A DNA stretch of 62,471 nucleotides, the filler included. It is 6 parts of 6 records of this genome, joined end to end, with 100 filler letters (N's around TTAATTAATTAA, not from the genome) between each part and the next. Parts side by side here need not be neighbours in the genome. Positions count along the whole stretch, not along the records: positions 13,754 to 32,481 come from SRR31156797_10596; 5 more parts are not named here. One strand, written 5' to 3'. A program made the position numbers and the translations under genes. The notes under the pieces were generated by a model. That model did no database searches and was not told the DNA's origin. It saw nothing but the letters and a program-made list of their open reading frames with translations. Shown one piece after another: positions 17,356-26,314 of the stretch. How positions within the stretch are numbered: the first letter of the stretch is position 1; each line of letters begins with the position of its first letter.

Positions 17356-19566
17356 TCATGTTTTTTGTTTTGCAAGAGCTAATTTACTTGAGTTTGCCAT
17401 GATCCCTACAGTATGACCTATATGGATCGCTCCAGCAGCCACTGGACTTAAAAGTCCTACACTAGCAAAAGCAACTCCTCCTAAGTTTGTTCCTGTTCCT
17501 ATCCAGTAATTTTGATTTACTACTTTTAAGCTTTGTTGGCTCAGTTCATACAAATAGCTTACATCTTCAGGATGAGAATGAGTAATTGCAATATCAGAAA
17601 CTGCAATTGCTGCTTCACTTCCTCCTGCTGCAAAAGAGATCGCCACATCAGCTTTACTCATAGCAAAAGTATCATTCACTCCATCTCCTACCATCACTAC
17701 TTTGTTATACTTTTTCTTTAAGTCTTCAATCGCTTCAGCTTTACCATGTGGAGTTTGATTGGCATACACTGAATCAAAATGAAAATCTAAAGCAAAGGCA
17801 TTGGCTACTTTTACTTCATCTCCAGTAAGTAATGCAATATGTTTCACTCCATTTGCTCTTAAGTTTTCAATCATCTGCTTTGTTCCATCTCGTACTTCAT
17901 GCTCAAAGCTCATCAGACCTAAAAGCTCTTTATTTTTGGCTACAAAAACAACTGTTTTCCCACTATCATGAAACTGGCTCATTTGAGCTTTATACTCTTT
18001 GGTAGATATTTTATAGCGTGAAAAAAGATTTTTATTTCCTATTAAAATCTCATCTTCACCTATAGTCGCTTTTACCCCATATCCAGGGATCACTTCACTT
18101 AAAGTACATTGATCAATTGCTATTCCACAAGATTTTGCATGATCTACAATTGATTTGGCTATTGGGTGGGAGTTTCGATATTCTGCTATCGCTGCATATT
18201 TGACCAACTCTTTTTCATCCACGTTTGGCATAGTTAAAAGATCTGAGACCATTGGCTTTCCAGTAGTAAGTGTCCCTGTTTTATCAAAACAAAAAACATC
18301 AGCCTTTGAGACATTTTCCAGTGCATCTCCACCTTTAATTAAGATCCCATTTTTTGCTCCATTTGAGATCCCTGCACTTATTGCGGTTGAGGCTGCAAGT
18401 ACTGTAGCACAAGGGCAAGACATTACGATCATTACAGCAAAGGCATTGATAAGTGATCCTGTAAATAAAAAAGTTCCAACTGTTAGGGTAGTCCCTAGTT
18501 TTAAAAGTCTTGAAGCTAACTTATCAGCTTCTAGTTCACTAGAAGATTTTAAAGCAAGACTTGCCTCTACTTCTTTCATAGTACGAGAAATATAAGTGGA
18601 GTTTCCAACACCACTTACCTTGATATAAATTCGACCTTTTTCACAAATAGTCCCTGCAAATACTTCCTCATCAATTTGTTTAAAATCTGGCTCACTTCGT
18701 CCATTGATTATAGCTTCATTAATCTCCGCACTTCCATCACTAATGATTCCATCAACTGGGATCTTCTCACCACTTCTACTGACAACAATATCTCCCACAT
18801 TGATATCTTCAATATCTACTTCGATCTCCACATTATCTTGTAACACATATACTTTTTTGACATCTAATTCCACAAGTTTATGGATCTCATCTTTTGATTT
18901 TGTAGCGATATACTCTTCTAAAAGCATCCCACCTCTTAGGATATAGATGATCTCAAAAGCAGCTGTGACTTCCCCAAAGAAAATAGCTAGTACTAACGTT
19001 CCACCCATAAAAGTATGAAGGCTAAATTTTCCCTCTTGTATATCATCAAAAGATTCTTTTAAAAGTGGAAGTGCTGCTACAAGGGCAACAGCAGCTGTAA
19101 GTGAAAATGGACTAGAAGCCAAGGCAACTCCTAAAATAGTCTCTTGCACAAAAATATATACAGCATATACAGTAAGCAGTCCAAACTCTATCAGTTTTCT
19201 TTTCCAAGATTTTGAAGAGACCTCTTTTATCTCGCATCTGCTACAACTACTACTTGATCCGCAAATAGCACTTGGAGTAGCCTGTGATAATTCAATTTTT
19301 GGAAGTTTTTCATAAAAAAGAATTTTAAGTTTTGTAAGTATTTCATCTAATGAAATATTCTCTTGATAGGTAAAAACAATGGAGCTACATTTTATATTTT
19401 CTCGAAAGGTTATGAAGTGATTTTCAAGTTCACTTTGTATCTTTTCAAGATTTTTTTGACTCCCAAAAAGATCTGATTTAAGCCTTACTCTATTATTAGC
19501 AATGCTTTTAACTGTTATTCCATCTATGAGACTATATTGTTGCAGGTTATTTTGTTCAAGCTTCAT
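17356..19566 (-). CDS. Second P1B-type heavy-metal ATPase (CPC type, atypical actuator motif)
   Basis: SCPC, DKTGT, SHP, TGD, GDGVND. NGRS replaces TGES. HIGHT in the last TM; N-terminal NNRVRL. Start overlaps the fur stop. Confidence 0.88.
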   Translation of the reverse strand: MKLEQNNLQQYSLIDGITVKSIANNRVRLKSDLFGSQKNLEKIQSELENHFITFRENIKCSSIVFTYQENISLDEILTKLKILFYEKLPKIELSQATPSAICGSSSSCSRCEIKEVSSKSWKRKLIEFGLLTVYAVYIFVQETILGVALASSPFSLTAAVALVAALPLLKESFDDIQEGKFSLHTFMGGTLVLAIFFGEVTAAFEIIYILRGGMLLEEYIATKSKDEIHKLVELDVKKVYVLQDNVEIEVDIEDINVGDIVVSRSGEKIPVDGIISDGSAEINEAIINGRSEPDFKQIDEEVFAGTICEKGRIYIKVSGVGNSTYISRTMKEVEASLALKSSSELEADKLASRLLKLGTTLTVGTFLFTGSLINAFAVMIVMSCPCATVLAASTAISAGISNGAKNGILIKGGDALENVSKADVFCFDKTGTLTTGKPMVSDLLTMPNVDEKELVKYAAIAEYRNSHPIAKSIVDHAKSCGIAIDQCTLSEVIPGYGVKATIGEDEILIGNKNLFSRYKISTKEYKAQMSQFHDSGKTVVFVAKNKELLGLMSFEHEVRDGTKQMIENLRANGVKHIALLTGDEVKVANAFALDFHFDSVYANQTPHGKAEAIEDLKKKYNKVVMVGDGVNDTFAMSKADVAISFAAGGSEAAIAVSDIAITHSHPEDVSYLYELSQQSLKVVNQNYWIGTGTNLGGVAFASVGLLSPVAAGAIHIGHTVGIMANSSKLALAKQKT

Positions 19567-20020
19567 TTTTTTTACACTCTTTACAAATCCCATATAACAT
19601 CATCGTATGACTTTGAAGTTTAAATCCATTTTCATGTGCCACAAGCTCTTGGATCTTTTCAAGTTCTGCATCATAAAACTCAACAATTTTGTTACATTTT
19701 ATACATACCATATGGTCGTGGTGGGGTTTAAGATTGAGTTCATATACTTTAAAATCTTGTCCATTTATTGCTATTGCTTTTATGATATTTAACTCTTCTA
19801 AAAGACTTAATATTCTATAAACTGTTGCAATTCCTATAGTTACATTATAAGTATTTTTCACTCGTTGTAAAACTTCATCTGCATTAAGATGTCCCTGGTT
19901 ATCAAATAAAACTTTCAATACATATTCCCTTTGCACTGAATTGTTTAAACCTAATGATCTAATCATATCTTTAAATTTGTAGATAAACTCATCATATTCA
20001 AGTAGCAGTTCTTTTTGCAT
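19556..20020 (-). CDS. Fur-family transcriptional regulator (cluster-specific paralogue)
   Basis: GIATVYR, HHDHMVCIKC, YGICKEC. Confidence 0.9.
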   Translation of the reverse strand: MQKELLLEYDEFIYKFKDMIRSLGLNNSVQREYVLKVLFDNQGHLNADEVLQRVKNTYNVTIGIATVYRILSLLEELNIIKAIAINGQDFKVYELNLKPHHDHMVCIKCNKIVEFYDAELEKIQELVAHENGFKLQSHTMMLYGICKECKKNEA

Positions 20021-20087
20021 CAAATCCCCATTCTCATTTTATATAACTGGAATCATATCAACAGTTTTCTTTAAGTTTCTTTAATAG

Positions 20088-20102
20088 TGATAACAATTAT
20101 CA
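20088..20102. promoter_or_regulatory. Fur box between the fur/fez operon and the NiCoT operon
   Basis: TGATAACAATTATCA, one mismatch to the 7-1-7 TGATAATnATTATCA. Confidence 0.7.
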
Positions 20103-20224
20103 TAATATACTATTTTAGAGTATATTGATCTTGATTCTTATTTCTATTACAATTTAGGTAACCATAATGTAATTTTTACTTGCTAAGATTCGCCCACAAA
20201 ATCATCTTTTAAAGGTTCCAATGA

Positions 20225-20965
20225 GTGGATATTTATAATAATTTTTTAAATCAAATTATCAGTTGGCAACAAACTATCAATTACACTATTACAAACTATT
20301 TTGACCTTTTAGAAAGTGGAGATAGTACTATGTATTTTTATATTTTGGCTGTTGCTTTTGTCTATGGCTTAGTTCATGCTTTAGGACCTGGACATGGAAA
20401 GATGATAATAGCTAGCTATTTTTTAGTAAAAGGTGCTAAAACAGCAGAAGCTTTAAAAGCAGGTTTTTTAACAGCTCTTATCCATACCCTCTCTGCTCTT
20501 AGTATCACTGGGATATTATTTGTATTTTTTCAAAATACCATAATGGAATATTTTCAAAATATCAATGCCAATATGTATAAAGTTTCTGCTATCTTTATTA
20601 TCCTTATAGCTTTTTTTCTACTCTATGAAACAATAAAAGATAGAAATATACAAGAGGAATCTATATCAAACAATGAAGTACAAAATAAAAACATATGGAG
20701 TATCGCTTTAACTATTGGAATAGTTCCCTGTCCAGGAGTTATGACCATTGTTCTTTTTTCTATGATCTTAGGATATGTATATCTTGGGATCTTAAGTGCA
20801 ATTATGATGAGTATAGGGATGGGGATCACTATCTCCTTAGCTGCAATACTTACTACAAAAATAAGAAGAAAAAATCAAAATAACAGGTATAGAAAACTTT
20901 TTCAATGTTTAAGCTATGTTGGTATTATAGTACTTTTTTCTCTTGGAATAAGTTTACTTGTATGA
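20225..20965 (+). CDS. RcnA/HoxN-like (NiCoT) metal transporter
   Basis: YGLVHALGPGHGK, IHTLSA, IVPCPG; multiple TM segments. Confidence 0.82.
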   Translation: MDIYNNFLNQIISWQQTINYTITNYFDLLESGDSTMYFYILAVAFVYGLVHALGPGHGKMIIASYFLVKGAKTAEALKAGFLTALIHTLSALSITGILFVFFQNTIMEYFQNINANMYKVSAIFIILIAFFLLYETIKDRNIQEESISNNEVQNKNIWSIALTIGIVPCPGVMTIVLFSMILGYVYLGILSAIMMSIGMGITISLAAILTTKIRRKNQNNRYRKLFQCLSYVGIIVLFSLGISLLV

Positions 20966-21444
20966 AAAGCTTTCTTCTTTTGTCTTTATTTTTTTTACAG
21001 CTTTATGCTCATCCCCATTTTTTTATTGATGCTTCTATTGATATCCAAAAAGAAAAGATCATTCATACATGGGGATTTGATAAGATCAATTCAAGGTTAC
21101 TTATCTTTGATTTTGATACCAATAAAAATAATAGTTTTGAAAAAGAGGAGCAAGAGAAGTTTTTACAAACCCATTTTGATAAACTTCATAATGATAACTA
21201 CAACCTTTTTTTAGATATTGATGGAGAAGAGATTCAAGCACTTCCAACACAAAAAACTATTTTTATAAAAGATAGACAAGTCTGGCTCTCTTTTGAACTT
21301 CCAATACCAATTAAAAAAAATGGAGTCATTTGTACTATTGATTCCACTTTATATTTTGCCTATAAATTGCAAAATATGAATTCAATCTTTACTTATGAGA
21401 TTCAAAAAAGTGAACACGATTATTGTATAGGAGTCACAAAATGA
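20962..21444 (+). CDS. DUF1007-like periplasmic metal-binding protein
   Basis: Signal peptide then AHPHFFID; ATGA overlap with the transporter. Confidence 0.72.
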   Translation: MKSFLLLSLFFLQLYAHPHFFIDASIDIQKEKIIHTWGFDKINSRLLIFDFDTNKNNSFEKEEQEKFLQTHFDKLHNDNYNLFLDIDGEEIQALPTQKTIFIKDRQVWLSFELPIPIKKNGVICTIDSTLYFAYKLQNMNSIFTYEIQKSEHDYCIGVTK

Positions 21445-21755
21445 AAATTTTAATCACAAGTATATTGGCATCTTTATCGCTCTTTGCTCATCCTGTAAGT
21501 TATACTGTAAATTTAGAAGCAAAATATGATGAAGTAAAAAAAGAGCTAAAAATTATATGTAAAAGCAACATAAGAAATAAATGTGGCTTACATAACTTCC
21601 ATCTTCTTTCACAAGATGATAAGATTTTTCAAACTGAAAAGTTCCCTTTTTTAAAAAATGAGATTATAGTAAATAACCTAAAGTCAAAACCTTATAAAAT
21701 GATCTTTTTTCTTAGAAAAATCCCTGAACATACTTATAATGTAATAGTACAATAG
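21441..21755 (+). CDS. Hypothetical exported protein with predicted mature N-terminal His-Pro
   Basis: MKILITSILASLSLFA|HPV; ATGA overlap. Confidence 0.65.
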   Translation: MKILITSILASLSLFAHPVSYTVNLEAKYDEVKKELKIICKSNIRNKCGLHNFHLLSQDDKIFQTEKFPFLKNEIIVNNLKSKPYKMIFFLRKIPEHTYNVIVQ

Positions 21756-21757
21756 AT

Positions 21758-21856
21758 CTATTTTTTAAGACCTATTGTATTTTGTGGGATTATCCCTGCT
21801 TCTATTTTCATCTTTTGAATTTTTTTTAAAAGTTTTTCTACATCATACTGTTGCAT
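21758..21856 (-). CDS. Putative 32-aa small protein
   Basis: MQQYDVEKLLKKIQKMKIEAGIIPQNTIGLKK*, AGGGGG RBS; overlaps the end of the upstream gene. Confidence 0.4.
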   Translation of the reverse strand: MQQYDVEKLLKKIQKMKIEAGIIPQNTIGLKK

Positions 21857-22304
21857 AACATCCCCCTTGTGAACAACTTTTTACTTGTGCATCTCTTATA
21901 ATTGAGTTTAATGAATAAGGGATAATTTTGATCTTATACTCATCTTTACATTGCTCTTCTAGAGTTGGAATTTTAAGCTCGATATGTTTCATAAACTTTT
22001 CATTTTTAGGACACACGATATACACTTGTGCTATCTCATCATTTTGATCTAAAATCGCTTCTGATGCTTTATATACTTCATCATTGAGATATTGTAACTC
22101 TTGCTTATTTACCTCTTTAAAAGAGGGAATAACTCTTACAGCACTACTATTAAATGGAAGAATATCTATATACCCCTCCCCTTTTTGTACATATCTATTT
22201 TTTTGATCTCTTGCAATTTTTTTATATACAAACTCAAAAAAATTGTTTTGTTTTGACAACTCAGGATTTAATCCTATCAATACACTACACTCATTAAAAC
22301 TCAT
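21843..22304 (-). CDS. Hypothetical protein
   Basis: 153-aa ORF with AAGGA RBS, downstream of the DUF2325 gene. Confidence 0.65.
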   Translation of the reverse strand: MSFNECSVLIGLNPELSKQNNFFEFVYKKIARDQKNRYVQKGEGYIDILPFNSSAVRVIPSFKEVNKQELQYLNDEVYKASEAILDQNDEIAQVYIVCPKNEKFMKHIELKIPTLEEQCKDEYKIKIIPYSLNSIIRDAQVKSCSQGGCYATV

Positions 22305-22322
22305 TATTACTTCCTTTTAATT

Positions 22323-22646
22323 TTATCTTTGACAACTTCCATCTTTATCCATAAACTTACAAAATTCACAAAACACTGAACTACTACTTCTTTTCGAACA
22401 GATATAAGGAATATTTTTCTTTTTTGCTTCGTTTTTAAATTTATACATCACATTATGATTTAAAAAATCTGTGAGCATCAACACACAATCTGTATCTTGT
22501 GGGATATCTTTTTTACACGCACCTGTTTTTTTCCTTGTATTCCAGTGAGTTACACTATCTGCACCGAGATCTGTTAGAACTGTTTTTATAGTATTGACTT
22601 TATCACCACCAATAACAAGAACATTCATTGATTCATTAACACTCAC
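22323..22646 (-). CDS. DUF2325-family protein
   Basis: VLVIGGD..IPQDTDCVLMLTDFLNHN..AKKKNIP..SKRS; GTG start after AGGAG. Confidence 0.75.
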   Translation of the reverse strand: MSVNESMNVLVIGGDKVNTIKTVLTDLGADSVTHWNTRKKTGACKKDIPQDTDCVLMLTDFLNHNVMYKFKNEAKKKNIPYICSKRSSSSVFCEFCKFMDKDGSCQR

Positions 22647-22665
22647 AAACTCTCCTTTTTTATTT

Positions 22666-22680
22666 TGATAATCATTATCT
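22666..22680. promoter_or_regulatory. Fur box
   Basis: TGATAATCATTATCT, one mismatch to the 7-1-7 consensus, 20 bp from the DUF2325 start. Confidence 0.8.
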
Positions 22681-22723
22681 ATATGGAATAATAAATAAAA
22701 ATCTCTTAAACAATACTTAATTT

Positions 22724-22738
22724 TGATAGCAATTATCA
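22724..22738. promoter_or_regulatory. Second Fur box upstream of fur
   Basis: TGATAGCAATTATCA. Confidence 0.6.
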
Positions 22739-22797
22739 ATTTAATCTTTTTAAAAAAAATTCGATATAATTAAAGAACAATATAAAAAAGGTTTTTA

Positions 22798-23235
22798 ATG
22801 CAAAACAATTCTGAAGTTATTGATAAGTTAAAAGAAGTGATTAAACAAAAGGGATTAAAATATACAAAACAAAGAGAGATCATCCTTGAAACAATTCTTG
22901 ATAGCGATAAGCATTTAAGTGCTGAAGATCTTTATAAACTGATCCAAGAAAAACACCCAGATGAAAAAATAGGAATTGCTACAGTCTATAGAGCCGTGTC
23001 ATTTTTAGAAGACTCTGGACTTATCTCTTCTATTTCACTTGATAAAGATACAAAAAAGTTTGAGACAAACTTTAAAGAACACCATGACCATCTTATTTGT
23101 GTAAAATGCAATAAAATCGTAGAATTTGTGAATGAAAAGATTGAAAAAGAGCAAGATAAAATAGCAAAGAAAGAAGGGTTTAAACTTATGGACCATGCTA
23201 TGTATCTTTATGGTGTATGTAAAGATTGTCAATAG
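22798..23235 (+). CDS. fur: Ferric uptake regulator
   Basis: LKYTKQRE, HLSAE, IGIATVYR, HHDHLICVKC, YGVCKDC; closely resembles Campylobacterota Fur. Confidence 0.88.
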   Translation: MQNNSEVIDKLKEVIKQKGLKYTKQREIILETILDSDKHLSAEDLYKLIQEKHPDEKIGIATVYRAVSFLEDSGLISSISLDKDTKKFETNFKEHHDHLICVKCNKIVEFVNEKIEKEQDKIAKKEGFKLMDHAMYLYGVCKDCQ

Positions 23236-23303
23236 TTTTTCTCTCTAATTTATAATTTATTTTTTCGATGTAAAATTATTTATAAAATATTAAAGGAGTA
23301 CAA

Positions 23304-23909
23304 ATGATTTATGATGTACTAATAATAGGTGGAGGTGCTGCAGGATATAGCTGTGCATTAACTTTATCTTCAGTTGAAAACACCCAAGAGTGGGCAAAAG
23401 AGAAAAAGTATCTTATGCTTGATAATGGAAAGAGTGATATCTTAAAAGCGAGCTTTTTTAATGTCCCTGGGGTTGATCTTGGGATTGGAGGAGACTCTTT
23501 ACTTCACAAGATGCAAACTCAGCTTCAAAACTTTGATTCATGTGAGACAAAAAATGAAACAGTTACAAGCCTTGAAAAACAAGATGATACTTTTACAGTA
23601 ACAACTGAACTTAATAGCTATGAAACAAAGATTGTAGTTTTAGCAACAGGGATGCACTCTTTTGATATCGAAACAGACCTTGTTTCTGTACAAGAACATA
23701 CTGATGTGATGAAACCAAATAAAGTCTGTTTAAAAAACCAAGACAATCTTATAAGTGAAAACCTCTACGTAGCAGGACTTGCTAGTGGAGCAAAAACAAT
23801 GTTTGCAATCGCAAGTGGTGAGGGAAGTAAAGTTGCGTGTCAAATCTTTAAAATATGGACAGGAAAACCAGCAGTAGCTCATGATACCCTTAAAGATAGA
23901 TTACTCTAA
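23304..23909 (+). CDS. Short FAD-dependent pyridine nucleotide-disulfide oxidoreductase
   Basis: DVLIIGGGAAG, VLATG, LYVAG..FAIASGEG. Confidence 0.78.
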   Translation: MIYDVLIIGGGAAGYSCALTLSSVENTQEWAKEKKYLMLDNGKSDILKASFFNVPGVDLGIGGDSLLHKMQTQLQNFDSCETKNETVTSLEKQDDTFTVTTELNSYETKIVVLATGMHSFDIETDLVSVQEHTDVMKPNKVCLKNQDNLISENLYVAGLASGAKTMFAIASGEGSKVACQIFKIWTGKPAVAHDTLKDRLL

Positions 23910-23975
23910 TCTATCCTCTTTAGAGATTCATCAAACTTCTTATGTTATTTTATTTCAAACTAAAAAGAGGTATTT

Positions 23976-25208
23976 ATGAATTTTAAAAATCTTGTCTTCC
24001 CCATATCATCTTTATTTTTTGCTATAGCTTTTTTAGCTGTTGGATATGGGATGATCCTTACTTTTGTGGGGGTTTACCTAAAAGAGCTTCAAGTCTCAAA
24101 TACTATTATTGGTCTTATCAATGCTTCATTTTTCCTTGGAGCAATTAGCTCTTCAATTTTTAGTCAAAAAATTATTTCAAGTGTAGGGCATATACGAAGC
24201 TTTGCTGCTTTTACCTCTTTGATGGTGATCTCCTTTTTAGTTCATGCTTTATTTTATGATCCCTATCTTTGGGGAACTCTACGGTTTATCTCAGGTTTTT
24301 CTTTTTATTCTTTATTAATTATCCTTGAAAGCTGGCTCAATGAAAAAAGTGATGAAGAAAGCAGAGGAAAAATCCTTGCAATTTATACTATCATCTTTTA
24401 TCTCTCCACTGCTCTTGGGCAACTTTTTTTAAATATGGATGATAAGTTTAAATCTTTTATCTTTGTGATTGGATCAGTTTTAGTTTTATTTTCAGTGATA
24501 TTTATCTCCCTTACAAAAATAAAAGAGCCTGATCTTAAACCATTTGAGCACTACTCTTTACCAAAAGTACTCTCTGTGGTACCACTTGCTACAGTGACCA
24601 GTTTTATTGGTGGATTTTTTGTGGGCGGTTTTTTTACTATGATCCCTGTATATCTTATCATGACCTTTAATTCTATTGAGGTAGTTTCCTATTTTATGCT
24701 GATCTCAATCCTAGGAGGACTTCTTTCTCAATGGCCAATAGGTCTACTGTCAGATAAATATGGAAGAAGAAAATTGATCGCCTATTCAGCTCTTAGTACA
24801 GTATTTTCCTCTTTACTTTTTATCCTCTATCCATCTAATATAACACTTACATATATCTTTGGATTTTTACTTGGACTTACTATCTTTTCACTTTACCCAC
24901 TTGGAGTAGCACGTGCAAATGATGTAGTAGATGAGAATAAAGATATTGTAGAAATTAGTAGAACTCTACTTTTTACCTATGGGATAGGATCATTTTTAGC
25001 TCCTATTATTATAGGGTATGGTCTTGGCCTATTTAGTTGGTTTTTATTTGCTTGTTTTTTCGTACTTGGAACGTTTCTTTATTTTTACTCTTTATCAAAA
25101 GAAAAAATACCAGATGAAGACATGAGTACTTTTATCAATATTCCTGTAATTTCTGGTTCAGAACTCCCTGGTCTTGATCCAAGACAAGATGAAGAAACTG
25201 AGAAATAA
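23976..25208 (+). CDS. MFS transporter (YcaD-like)
   Basis: About 12 TM; VGHIRSFAA, ESWLNE, QWPIGLLSDKYGRR. Confidence 0.85.
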   Translation: MNFKNLVFPISSLFFAIAFLAVGYGMILTFVGVYLKELQVSNTIIGLINASFFLGAISSSIFSQKIISSVGHIRSFAAFTSLMVISFLVHALFYDPYLWGTLRFISGFSFYSLLIILESWLNEKSDEESRGKILAIYTIIFYLSTALGQLFLNMDDKFKSFIFVIGSVLVLFSVIFISLTKIKEPDLKPFEHYSLPKVLSVVPLATVTSFIGGFFVGGFFTMIPVYLIMTFNSIEVVSYFMLISILGGLLSQWPIGLLSDKYGRRKLIAYSALSTVFSSLLFILYPSNITLTYIFGFLLGLTIFSLYPLGVARANDVVDENKDIVEISRTLLFTYGIGSFLAPIIIGYGLGLFSWFLFACFFVLGTFLYFYSLSKEKIPDEDMSTFINIPVISGSELPGLDPRQDEETEK

Positions 25209-25210
25209 AA

Positions 25211-25235
25211 AAAGGTAAGCTTTACACTTACCTTT
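25211..25235. terminator. Probable bidirectional intrinsic terminator
   Basis: AAAGGTAAG..CTTACCTTT hairpin between the convergent MFS and dps genes. Confidence 0.6.
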
Positions 25236-25254
25236 ATATTTAAAATAGTTTTTA

Positions 25255-25689
25255 TTATGCTAGAGATGCTTTGATCATCCAAATATCTTTTTCAAATTTT
25301 GCAATTTGCTCATCTGCAAATCCAACTGTTGCTTTATCTCCAACACTATCTGCCTCTTCAGAAAGCTCACGAAAGTGTTTTAAAAAGTGTTCAAAATCTG
25401 CTAATACTGATTCTAATACTTCTATTGCATTAAACTCTGTTTTAGACTCCTCTTTGATACAACTATTTGCCATAACATCTGTCATTGTTACATATGGTTT
25501 TTCACCAAGTTGTAATACTCTCTCAGCTGCATCATCATATAACGTAGCCATTGAGTTATACATCCCCTCTGTCATCTCATGAATTGGGTAAAACTGCATC
25601 CCTTTAATATTCCAGTGTAAGTTGTGTAACTTTACAAACATCGTTAAAGCATCTGCTTGAATTGTTTTTAATTTTTCTATAGTTTTCAT
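25255..25689 (-). CDS. dps: Dps family DNA-protection/iron-storage protein
   Basis: KLHNLHWNIKGMQF..HEMTE..DDAAER..EKDIWM. Confidence 0.93.
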   Translation of the reverse strand: MKTIEKLKTIQADALTMFVKLHNLHWNIKGMQFYPIHEMTEGMYNSMATLYDDAAERVLQLGEKPYVTMTDVMANSCIKEESKTEFNAIEVLESVLADFEHFLKHFRELSEEADSVGDKATVGFADEQIAKFEKDIWMIKASLA

Positions 25690-25730
25690 TTTTATCTCCT
25701 TTAAAAAACTTAATCAAATTATTCCATAAA

Positions 25731-25745
25731 GGAAAATAATTATCA
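25731..25745. promoter_or_regulatory. Possible Fur/PerR box upstream of dps
   Basis: Minus strand TGATAATTATTTTCC, two mismatches to consensus. Confidence 0.45.
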
Positions 25746-25800
25746 ACTATAAAAAAATATAGTTCTTTAAATTTAGGGATCTTTAAGTAAAGGATAAATA

Positions 25801-26313
25801 TTATCCTTTATTATTGAATAGATTACGAATCCCACCAGTAAATTTTGCTAACTGTAAAGCTGAAAATCCTAAAAAGCTTTGAGATTCTAAATCAGCTCCA
25901 CGATCTACAAGATAATCTACTATTCTCTTATGTCCAAACATTGCTGCAAACATTAAAGGGGTTTTACCCCCTCCATTATCTGCATCAATATCTGCTCCAT
26001 ATTTTAAAAGGAGCTCTACCATCTCTATATTTCCTTTAAAAGCAACTCCACCTAAAGGGGTTTGTCCTCGATCGTTTCTTTTATTGACCCCTGCTCCATA
26101 TTGTAAAAGCATCTGCGCAGTTTCAAAACTCCCATTATAAGTAGAGAGCATCAAAAGGGTATTTCCTTTTTCATCTGAGAGATTGACATTAAGACCTGAG
26201 CAAATCATACTCTCTAAAGTATAAGTATCATTTGCCCTTGCTAAATCTAAAGCCATAAGCTGAAGCTCTAGATATCTTTCCTCTTCCTCTTGTGTTAATT
26301 GTATCGCTTCCAT
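25801..26313 (-). CDS. Ankyrin-repeat catalase accessory protein (Cj1386/AnkB-like)
   Basis: GNTLLMLSTY, GQTPLGGVAFKG, GKTPLMFAA ankyrin repeats, directly downstream of catalase. Confidence 0.85.
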   Translation of the reverse strand: MEAIQLTQEEEERYLELQLMALDLARANDTYTLESMICSGLNVNLSDEKGNTLLMLSTYNGSFETAQMLLQYGAGVNKRNDRGQTPLGGVAFKGNIEMVELLLKYGADIDADNGGGKTPLMFAAMFGHKRIVDYLVDRGADLESQSFLGFSALQLAKFTGGIRNLFNNKG

Positions 26314-26314
26314 T

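Noticed and set aside
13754-19566. Reading the two ATPases as a generic Cd/Zn/Cu resistance locus, or the MamC-like gene as a magnetosome island
   Set aside because: DYSC motif, Fur control, ferritin-like and GxxxG partners fit fez clusters. No core mam genes (mamA, B, K, M, Q) are present.
22647-22739. N-terminal extension of the DUF2325 ORF
   Set aside because: Runs through the Fur boxes and RBS; it is regulatory DNA.
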